Shown here in pieces: positions 1 to 7,374 of a stretch of 22,187 nt of DNA; the first letter of the stretch is position 1, and every line of letters begins with the position of its first letter. A program made the position numbers and the translations under genes. The notes below the pieces were generated by a model. The model saw only the letters and a program-made list of their open reading frames with translations. It had not been told where the DNA came from and did no database searches. Source of the stretch: an uncultured virus (IMG/VR IMGVR_UViG_3300014826_000003) (Duplodnaviria; Heunggongvirae; Uroviricota; Caudoviricetes); IMG/VR virus record IMGVR_UViG_3300014826_000003; one strand, written 5' to 3'.

Positions 1-159
1 AGTTCTAAGATAACTAATAGGCTAAGGTATATTTTAGTAGACTTACACTTAACTTATCAAGTACCATTATCTAAGCTAAGTGTTATATTTAATATAAGTT
101 CTAGACACCTTTCTGAATTAGTAAATCAGTATAAGAAAGGTACTAGATGGTCAATCTAG
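1..159 (+). CDS. Partial CDS (3' end) with a C-terminal helix-turn-helix, resembling the tail of phage HNH homing endonucleases
   Basis: Frame 1 is open from base 1 to TAG at 157-159: SSKITNRLRYILVDLHLTYQVPLSKLSVIFNISSRHLSELVNQYKKGTRWSI. The pattern SK(I/L)T...L(S/A)xxFxIS...W matches that HTH tail. Not in the supplied ORF track, and the catalytic domain lies outside the window. Confidence 0.5.
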   Translation, partial: SSKITNRLRYILVDLHLTYQVPLSKLSVIFNISSRHLSELVNQYKKGTRWSI

Positions 160-218
160 ACATCCAGGTAGCTCATTAGTTTAGGGATATCCTATATTAT
201 TATATAAACTTTTATTAT

Positions 219-1043
219 ATGCGAGATCCAAGTATACACATCACTAAATCCTCCTTCAGGAAAATCCTAAAAGATATGGATATCAAATTTCCTGTGGAGG
301 ATTTTTTCGTTAAAGCACGGCAACTTTCTGTAGATACTAGAAGTATAACTACAACCAGCCGTAAAACTACAAAGAAAGCAAATAATATTGCACTAGCAAG
401 TAACGGGGATGCTAACTTAGCAGCTGACATCCTCTACTCTGTTCAGATTCAGCTTAAACATCGAGGAGTAAAGAAGATAGATGAGAATAATACTCGCTTC
501 TGGCCTCTCTGTAAAAAGCTGGCTGATGTATGTAATACCTTCTGTAATGATTTCGGTTTAGAAACCAGAGCCGGGTATATTAAGTATATTAAGATAGGTT
601 TTAGTAGGATGGATAATACCAGGAACTACCTTAACCGCTTAATATCAATGGCTCAGAACATAACTGAATCTTATCAGGCAGTTCAGGACATTAACCATGA
701 TACGAATCCGATAGAGACGGCTTCTATACATGATCACTACTGTACAGAGATTATTAGTAGGACTGGTATCAAGGTAGATTATCATGAGAAACCAGAAATG
801 TATATCTACTTTGTTAAGGTACGTCAGTTCTGTGAAGAAGAGGGTATAGATCCTGATGATTGGATTGATGCTCAGTTTGATGGATTAGAATGGTGTAATG
901 GTATACCAGACCCAGATAAGCTTCTCAAAGGTAAGTGTAAAGAGTATTACGTTAAGTATATGTATAAGAATAATAAGAACTACGACCAGACTCCTAAGGT
1001 ACATGGTAGCTTATGGTCTCAAATAAACGAAGCAGATGAGTAG
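219..1043 (+). CDS. Hypothetical phage protein (274 aa), possibly replication-associated
   Basis: Long ORF with an AT-rich leader that overlaps the helicase start by 8 nt. No motif recognised. Confidence 0.75.
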   Translation: MRDPSIHITKSSFRKILKDMDIKFPVEDFFVKARQLSVDTRSITTTSRKTTKKANNIALASNGDANLAADILYSVQIQLKHRGVKKIDENNTRFWPLCKKLADVCNTFCNDFGLETRAGYIKYIKIGFSRMDNTRNYLNRLISMAQNITESYQAVQDINHDTNPIETASIHDHYCTEIISRTGIKVDYHEKPEMYIYFVKVRQFCEEEGIDPDDWIDAQFDGLEWCNGIPDPDKLLKGKCKEYYVKYMYKNNKNYDQTPKVHGSLWSQINEADE

Positions 1044-2529
1044 GATAGTTATTAAGAACAGCAACGAATGCGAGCTTGATATACCTCAAAAGTATGCAGT
1101 TAAGCTTTATGATGAACTTAGTATCAGGCATCCTAATGCGTTTTACTTACGTAGGACGATGAAGAACTGGGATGGTAAAGTTCATTTCATAGGTAAGTAT
1201 GGTAATTTCAAGATAGGTCTTCTACCTCGAGTTTATAAGATGTTACAATCTTATGGTCTTAAAGTTAAGGTAGAGGACCGTCGTCGTGAAATAAAGATGC
1301 CTAAGAAGGTTGTAACTAAGGTAGGTAACTACAAACTCCGACCAGAACAGGTAGATGCACTTAAGGCTATCATAGGTTACAAGGTTGGTGGAGTACCTTA
1401 CCAAGTTGGTGTTATAGATGCTACCGTTAACTTCGGTAAGAGTTTGTTGATGTCGGCTCTGTATTATACTTATGGTAAGAAACTTAAGACTCTACTGATT
1501 ACCCAAGATGCTGACTGGTTTAACCAAGCTAAGGATGAATTTAAGGAGTATGTACCTGATGAGAAGGTAACATTTATTCAAGGCAGTAAAGTATACGACT
1601 GGGGTAATTTTAGTATCGGTATGATACAATCTATCTCAAGGAATATAAAAGCCTATCAGAAAGAGCTTACAATGATTGATATGGTCCTGGTTGATGAGGC
1701 TGACTTAGCAGGCAGTAAGATGTACCAATCAGTTCTTACTCATCTGTATAATACTCGAGTAAGGTTAGGTCTATCTGGTACTATCTATATGTCTGGTCTT
1801 AAGAAGGACCTACTTAAGAATATGAACCTTGAATCATTCTTTGGTTTGAGGATGTATGAATTTAGGTTAGCTGACTCCATTAAAGCGGGATATTCAACCA
1901 AGACTATTGTAAAGCTTATTGATACCGATCCTTGGTACAAAGGTTATGTGAACACTACAGGCAATGATTACAAGGAGGTATATGACCGAGTTATTACCAA
2001 TGCCCAAGTAGGTTATGAGCTTATTCATGACCGGCTTAGGTTTAATCTTAAGTATGGCAGAACACCGGCACTCATAGTATGCAAGCACATAGCTCACTGT
2101 GAAAATCTTTATAATTATTTGAAGCGGGTACTAGATAAAGATCTAAACATTGCCTATGTTCACGTTAATACTGCAGATAAGCAACGTAGAAATATAATGC
2201 AAAGGTTTAGGTCTGGAGATATAGATATATTGGTATCTACTACGATCATTGCTCGAGGTAAAAACTTCCCGAAGCTTAGGTACATGATCAATGCTGCTGG
2301 TATGAACTCTCAGGAAAAGTCAATCCAGTTCCTTGGTCGTTTGGTAAGAACCTTTGAAGGTAAAGATAGGGTTTACCTAGATGATATCCAGTATCAAGGA
2401 GATTATCTTAGTAGGCATTCTAAGAGAAGAGCTAGATATTATAAAGATGAAGATCTGAAGGTAATCAGCATGAAGAAGCTCTGGAATAAGTATGAGAAGC
2501 ACTATCCTTTAGATTACCTACCTTTCTAA
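1036..2529 (+). CDS. Superfamily 2 DNA helicase (UvsW/DEAD-like)
   Basis: Q motif LRPEQ, variant Walker A ATVNFGKS, LVDEAD, motif III LSGT, motif V STTIIARGKNFP, motif VI QFLGRLVR. Confidence 0.92.
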   Translation: MSRIVIKNSNECELDIPQKYAVKLYDELSIRHPNAFYLRRTMKNWDGKVHFIGKYGNFKIGLLPRVYKMLQSYGLKVKVEDRRREIKMPKKVVTKVGNYKLRPEQVDALKAIIGYKVGGVPYQVGVIDATVNFGKSLLMSALYYTYGKKLKTLLITQDADWFNQAKDEFKEYVPDEKVTFIQGSKVYDWGNFSIGMIQSISRNIKAYQKELTMIDMVLVDEADLAGSKMYQSVLTHLYNTRVRLGLSGTIYMSGLKKDLLKNMNLESFFGLRMYEFRLADSIKAGYSTKTIVKLIDTDPWYKGYVNTTGNDYKEVYDRVITNAQVGYELIHDRLRFNLKYGRTPALIVCKHIAHCENLYNYLKRVLDKDLNIAYVHVNTADKQRRNIMQRFRSGDIDILVSTTIIARGKNFPKLRYMINAAGMNSQEKSIQFLGRLVRTFEGKDRVYLDDIQYQGDYLSRHSKRRARYYKDEDLKVISMKKLWNKYEKHYPLDYLPF

Positions 2530-2551
2530 GGAGGTTAAGGTTAAGACTAGA

Positions 2552-2636
2552 AGTATATATCTTTTACCTGTAAGGGAATAAGATATATTACTAAGGGTAA
2601 AAGGGCATTAACTCATATATGCAAGTATGTACATAC
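2552..2636. promoter_or_regulatory. Structured intergenic region with inverted repeats and a 12-bp palindrome
   Basis: ATATATCTT (2555-2563) pairs with AAGATATAT (2580-2588). CTTTTACC (2561-2568) pairs with GGTAAAAG (2596-2603). Perfect palindrome GTATGTACATAC at 2625-2636. Confidence 0.4.
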
Positions 2637-2719
2637 GTATAAAGACTCAGATCTCTTACGAGAATGTTCTAGGGTCAACTATATTCATACATAACGTTCA
2701 TATTTAAATCACAGTAATA

Positions 2720-3100
2720 ATGGCTAAGAAGAAAAAGAATTTACCGGACCTTTCAAAACAAGATCCATTAGTACCTATTGATCTATCTTCAATAGGGGCT
2801 TCTAATGACCCTTGCTTTGGTAAGGGCTATGACTTAAGTACACGAGAGTGTAAACAATGTGGAGACTCCGAGCTATGTGCATTAAAGATGTCCCAGGTAC
2901 TTGGTAAAACTCGTAAAGAGTTAGAAAAAGAAAATAAGTACAAGGATCTGGATGTCTTGGAGGATGTAGATGGAATCAAGAAGTTCATGCGAAGGCTTAA
3001 GAGAAAGGGCGAGAAGAGAAGAGCTATCGTTCTTCAAGCAGCAGAGAAGTTCGAGGTTCCAACTACTATGTTGCGTAAGATATATAAGGAATTAAAATAA
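2720..3100 (+). CDS. Hypothetical basic protein with four Cys (putative metal binding)
   Basis: DPCFGKGYDLSTRECKQCGDSELC followed by a Lys/Arg-rich helical C-terminus. Confidence 0.75.
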   Translation: MAKKKKNLPDLSKQDPLVPIDLSSIGASNDPCFGKGYDLSTRECKQCGDSELCALKMSQVLGKTRKELEKENKYKDLDVLEDVDGIKKFMRRLKRKGEKRRAIVLQAAEKFEVPTTMLRKIYKELK

Positions 3101-3381
3101 TGAAACGTATTGAGAAGATTATAAGATTAGCTATGCCTCATATCTGGTATCTGTTCAGGATCTTTCTGAATGATCAGTACTACCTGTTACAGAATACCGA
3201 TATCATGGCAGAACACTTTGGTAGAGGAGAAAAGGATGTGAAGGAATTCTTTAAGATGATGAATGCCTTTTTGGAAGAGAATCAGATTGAGGACTTCCAT
3301 CCATTGGTATACTACCCAAAGATGAAATATCAAGATTTATTGGACCAAATAACAAATTATTACAATGGCAAAAAGATTTAG
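3100..3381 (+). CDS. Hypothetical protein (93 aa)
   Basis: TAATG stop/start coupling with the upstream gene; overlaps the dUTPase start. Confidence 0.7.
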   Translation: MKRIEKIIRLAMPHIWYLFRIFLNDQYYLLQNTDIMAEHFGRGEKDVKEFFKMMNAFLEENQIEDFHPLVYYPKMKYQDLLDQITNYYNGKKI

Positions 3382-3943
3382 ATTTACAAAGGTACGAGAG
3401 GTTAAGACACCTTTCCGTGCACATGAAGGTGATGCTGGGTTGGATTTCTTTATGCCCACAGATCTTACATTGGCTGATATCTTCAAGGCTAATGCAGCAG
3501 CTAAGGATATCTCCCATACTGCTGGTCAAGTAAACCCAGGTCAGTATACTGTAGTAATGTCTGACGGTAAGATTCAGCAACTTATCTTAGGACCTCTTAC
3601 AAGGATCCTCATCCCATCCGGTATTCGTTGTCTGCTGGAGCCTGTAGATTCAATGATGCAGGTCAATAACAAGTCAGGCCGTTCTACTAAGAAAGGTTTA
3701 CTCTTTACAGCTCAGGTATGTGATTCACCTTATACAGGAGAATATCACTTGGGAGTATTTAATACCAGTTCACAGCCTCAGACTCTGGTTGCAGGTGAGC
3801 CAGTAGTACAGCTAGTACACGTTCCAATTATTCTTGATGATGAACTCATCGAGTTATCTAACGATGACTATGAGAAAGAGGCAGAGAATTGGGGAACACG
3901 TGGAACTGATGGTTTAGGATCTGGCGATAAAAAGGAAGCGTAA
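3365..3943 (+). CDS. dut: Trimeric (beta-fold) dUTPase
   Basis: All five motifs present: AGLD (I), KSG (II), VCDSPYTGE (III), VVQLV (IV), RGTDGLGSG (V). Confidence 0.92.
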   Translation: MAKRFRFTKVREVKTPFRAHEGDAGLDFFMPTDLTLADIFKANAAAKDISHTAGQVNPGQYTVVMSDGKIQQLILGPLTRILIPSGIRCLLEPVDSMMQVNNKSGRSTKKGLLFTAQVCDSPYTGEYHLGVFNTSSQPQTLVAGEPVVQLVHVPIILDDELIELSNDDYEKEAENWGTRGTDGLGSGDKKEA

Positions 3944-3945
3944 TC

Positions 3946-4827
3946 ATGGATATCAGAAATATAAAAGAGGTACCACCAGTAGTAGAAGATGGTAAGTATC
4001 TCGAAATGATCTACGAACTTCAGAAGAAGCTGATGGCTGGTTACATAGGGAAGATCGAAAAGAATCTACCCAACTACCCAATCAGTATTAACTCAGAGAA
4101 AGGTCAACTAGTTCTCAAGGATTTCTCAGCCCGTGTAATAGAGGAAACATGCGAAGGTTATGAATCTAATACTGAAGCTTTGAAATTAGCTCAGGCTTAT
4201 GGTTGGAACATACAGGCTTTGCCTGATGATAAGTTTGATATGTTACTCAACCATCTTCAGAACTCCAATGAGGAACAGGCTGATGCTTTTGCTTTCTTCG
4301 TTGAGTTGATGCTATACGCCAATATTCAACCTGAAGACATCTACTCTTATGTATTGGATAAGTACCTGGATAACCGGAAGTTCAGTAGTATTACTCAGGT
4401 TAATCTTGGTACTCTGTTTGGTGTTGGCCATTACTTTCATGAGAAAGATGGCTATATCTTGGATCAGATGAATCTTTGGCCATTGCTTACCGAAGATCAT
4501 CTGAAAGCTTTCGATAAGGACGTAGAACATGTACTCAGCTACATTCCAGGTTTTAGAACTTCTAACGAGGAACTTCATCGTAACGAGGATCACATGCTTT
4601 GGAAGGTTGCTTACCATTTGAACATAGGTCGTAACTTCCTAAAGAATAAGACCTGGAAACAGACTCAAGAACTTACTGATACAGTACGTTATCAGGAGCA
4701 GGTAGTACTTGCTTTTATTAACTACTGCGGTTATCTTGCAGCTATGGGTTTTAAGCCTGAGACTTTCTATGTTCTCTTCTATAAGAAACATGCCGTAAAT
4801 ATCTTCAGACAGCACAGTCATTACTAA
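3946..4827 (+). CDS. All-alpha NTP pyrophosphatase (MazG/dimeric dUTPase/T4 gp56 dCTPase-like), apparently internally duplicated
   Basis: Acidic helices IEETCE and EEQAD, plus KNKTWKQ and the C-terminal KKHAVNIFRQHSHY typical of dimeric dUTPase/dCTPase. Confidence 0.75.
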   Translation: MDIRNIKEVPPVVEDGKYLEMIYELQKKLMAGYIGKIEKNLPNYPISINSEKGQLVLKDFSARVIEETCEGYESNTEALKLAQAYGWNIQALPDDKFDMLLNHLQNSNEEQADAFAFFVELMLYANIQPEDIYSYVLDKYLDNRKFSSITQVNLGTLFGVGHYFHEKDGYILDQMNLWPLLTEDHLKAFDKDVEHVLSYIPGFRTSNEELHRNEDHMLWKVAYHLNIGRNFLKNKTWKQTQELTDTVRYQEQVVLAFINYCGYLAAMGFKPETFYVLFYKKHAVNIFRQHSHY

Positions 4828-4844
4828 TTCAAATTACTAGAAAT

Positions 4845-5570
4845 ATGCCAACATTAGATTCCATTGATGCCGAGGTACAGGAACTTAAACAGAGAATGTC
4901 TTCTGTAGAGAGTACTAACACCTCACAAGGTACAGCAATCCAAAACTTGCAGGTAATACAGGGTCAGCATACTACTACATTGAACTCTCATGGTACTCGT
5001 CTTGATAACCATGATGATCAGTTAGCTGACCATAACACTCGTCTCCATACTCTTGAAGACAGTACTCTAAAGATAACCTTTACTCGAGAAGGTAGAATGC
5101 CTATCATGAACGAGAAAGGTTTGATTGAGGTATATATGCCAGATAAACTTCTGATTGAGGATTTCCGTAAGGTAAACGATCAGCTTAACATCGCTCAGGA
5201 CTTCAACTGGTTCCGTAAGATATCCAATATCGTTGGGGCTGGTAAAGTATGTTTCGACTTTGATCGTGATGATGGTATCAAATCCATTATCTTAGGTCAG
5301 TATACTCGTATAGTAATACCTACTGGCTTAAAGATTACCGAGCTTACTCCTGAGAAGTCAACGCTCAAGGCAGTGAATGACGATAAGATGGTAACCGAGC
5401 AAGGCCTTTGCTTTGGTATAGAGGTAGTACAGGCTGATGAAAACAAGGAAGTACTCCTTTCGATCTGTAACTACACAAATCACACGGTACACCTCTATCG
5501 AGGTAAGTTGATCTGTTCACTGGCTCATCTGTTCCAGTATAAGACTAACCCTGTAATAACCACTGAGTAA
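4845..5570 (+). CDS. Coiled-coil plus degenerate dUTPase-fold protein (pseudo-dUTPase)
   Basis: The N-terminal ~70 aa are heptad repeats. The C-terminal domain is collinear with the dUTPase at 3365 (IILGQYTRIVIPTG vs LILGPLTRILIPSG; TEQGLCF vs TKKGLLF) but has lost the catalytic motifs. Confidence 0.7.
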   Translation: MPTLDSIDAEVQELKQRMSSVESTNTSQGTAIQNLQVIQGQHTTTLNSHGTRLDNHDDQLADHNTRLHTLEDSTLKITFTREGRMPIMNEKGLIEVYMPDKLLIEDFRKVNDQLNIAQDFNWFRKISNIVGAGKVCFDFDRDDGIKSIILGQYTRIVIPTGLKITELTPEKSTLKAVNDDKMVTEQGLCFGIEVVQADENKEVLLSICNYTNHTVHLYRGKLICSLAHLFQYKTNPVITTE

Positions 5571-5571
5571 G

Positions 5572-6480
5572 ATGTCAGGTTGGAACAAAAAGTTAGAAGG
5601 TTTAGAGTTCAACGGGGAGGAAACTTGTCATTCACTCGAGTTTGCAACATCACAGGAGGCTTGGGAGAAACTGAATGAAGGTTTCCTCCGTTTGGACCCT
5701 ATACTTTTTGAGAAAGGGGCTACTGCTAATTCAGGCGTAGCTATTGTTTACAATGTATTTGTAAAGATTCGTAAAGCTTGGGTGGATCCAGACTTTAATT
5801 ATGGTCGTTGTTTTAACTACAAAGAGACTAAATGGACTACTCTGCTGAATAACTACTTAGATTTTACACAGCTTGACTTGATAAAGTCCCAACTGCGTAT
5901 GAAATCTAGGTCCTATCAGAATTATAACTTGAGTTATGTCTTCAACAATTCTCACAACAATGGTAAGCAATGTTTGCTCGCTGCTACATTTAGTAAGAGG
6001 TTCCAAGAAGATGTACCAGTAGTTACAATGATACTCAGATCCTCTGAGATTACCAAGAGACTTATCTTTGACTTCCTACTCATACAGCGTATGTCAGAGT
6101 ACATATACGGAAAAGAGCAGACCGTTCAGATCAATCTCTTTGCAACTCAGATGTATGGAAACGTTGAAACACTTCTTATGTACGGAGCCTATAAACCTAT
6201 TAAGAAGGTCCTCAAAGGAACTGATAAGAAGTCGGCTTGGATTCAACGTGTTAAAGAGATTAACGACAAGTTCACAAATGGGACTGAGAAAGACTTCTCC
6301 TCATACAAGGTGTTCTTAAGATGTTTCAAGGTTTTACGACCCGATATCTATACCTATGAGCCACTACTGGCTAGGGACTTGGTTATCGAGGACGATGATA
6401 TCGAATACCCAGAGGACTGTATCTCTTACTCACAGAGAAGGAGGTATAAGAAGAAGTTGATGGCTAGAAAGAAGTCCTAA
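5572..6480 (+). CDS. Divergent thymidylate-synthase-fold protein
   Basis: N-terminal helix SQEAWEKL, KQCLL at the catalytic Cys position, ILRSSEITKRLIFD equivalent to TS QRSxD...N/D. Lacks the SLHxY motif. Confidence 0.65.
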   Translation: MSGWNKKLEGLEFNGEETCHSLEFATSQEAWEKLNEGFLRLDPILFEKGATANSGVAIVYNVFVKIRKAWVDPDFNYGRCFNYKETKWTTLLNNYLDFTQLDLIKSQLRMKSRSYQNYNLSYVFNNSHNNGKQCLLAATFSKRFQEDVPVVTMILRSSEITKRLIFDFLLIQRMSEYIYGKEQTVQINLFATQMYGNVETLLMYGAYKPIKKVLKGTDKKSAWIQRVKEINDKFTNGTEKDFSSYKVFLRCFKVLRPDIYTYEPLLARDLVIEDDDIEYPEDCISYSQRRRYKKKLMARKKS

Positions 6481-6536
6481 ACTCTAAAGTTGTAACTGGT
6501 TCTATAGGATATTGCTTTTATAAAAATATATTAACT

Positions 6537-7307
6537 ATGAGATTTTACGAAAACGCTTATGAATTGATGTCCGAAATGGGCAGAGATCTATGGGAGATGG
6601 GGATCCTGAATAAACCCAAAACCTATCAGAATAAGGTAATCGAAGGAAATGAAGACTTCATTACTAAAGAAGAGATCTGTAAACAGTACTGCTTAACCGG
6701 TCTACCCGACCCTGAGATGTTGTTCATCTTTACTAAAGCTAAGGATTGGGCAGAGGCTGAGTTTACTGAAAGAATTTCTGGTAAACAGGTCAACCCAGGT
6801 AAAGCTTGGGAACTTCGAAAGGATATGTGGGAAGAATTCCTGGTTAAGGATATGTTTGCCACTGGTCCTGGTTTCGATTATACCTATCCTGAGAGAATTA
6901 ACCAGGAGGTTACATGGAAAGGTAATCCAAAACGAATTACTATACTCGAGGCTTTGATCGAACTACTCAAGCAGGATCATGATACTCGTAAAGCTGTTCT
7001 TCCTATCTTTACTGATAGAGACTGTAACAACTACGACGGTAGTGCTCGTATACCTTGTTCTATGTACTACGATTTCCTAATCAGAGATTGTGGTCAAGGT
7101 CCCCAGGTTAACATCGTGTACCACCAAAGAAGTTCAGATTTTGTTGGTCACTTTGGAGACGATGTATACCTTGCTTGGTGTATGATGGAGTACGTAGCTG
7201 AGAAGGTTGGAGTAAAGGCTGGTTTCCTTTACCATACAATAGATTCTCTACATTGTTACCAGAGAGACTGGCACTATTTAAAAACGTCAGTAGATGACAT
7301 TAAGTAG
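6537..7307 (+). CDS. Thymidylate synthase/dCMP hydroxymethylase-family enzyme
   Basis: YTYPER, DTRKAV, catalytic IPC, YHQRSSDFVGHFGDD, HTIDSLHCY. Asp at the position equivalent to E. coli TS Asn177. Confidence 0.88.
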   Translation: MRFYENAYELMSEMGRDLWEMGILNKPKTYQNKVIEGNEDFITKEEICKQYCLTGLPDPEMLFIFTKAKDWAEAEFTERISGKQVNPGKAWELRKDMWEEFLVKDMFATGPGFDYTYPERINQEVTWKGNPKRITILEALIELLKQDHDTRKAVLPIFTDRDCNNYDGSARIPCSMYYDFLIRDCGQGPQVNIVYHQRSSDFVGHFGDDVYLAWCMMEYVAEKVGVKAGFLYHTIDSLHCYQRDWHYLKTSVDDIK

Positions 7308-7322
7308 TTAGTAGTTTGTTTT

Positions 7323-7361
7323 AGGCTGTTACTCTTCAAGGTTGGTGGGTAACAGCCTTTT
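7323..7361 (+). terminator. Terminator-like hairpin between the TS-fold gene and the DNA polymerase
   Basis: AGGCTGTTACTC (7323-7334) pairs with GGGTAACAGCCT (7347-7358); 12-nt loop, then a short T run. Confidence 0.6.
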
Positions 7362-7374
7362 AATCTGTTTAGAA

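Noticed and set aside
4845..5060. Plain tail-fibre gene
   Set aside because: The coiled coil is fibre-like, but the C-terminus aligns with the neighbouring dUTPase and the context is nucleotide metabolism. A structural role is kept only as one hypothesis.
6537..7307. Ordinary thyA or SPO1-type dUMP hydroxymethylase
   Set aside because: Asp rather than Asn at the pyrimidine-specificity position argues for dCMP.
7342..7374. N-terminal extension of the polymerase from TTG 7342
   Set aside because: The TTG falls inside the hairpin; ATG 7375 is the more plausible start.
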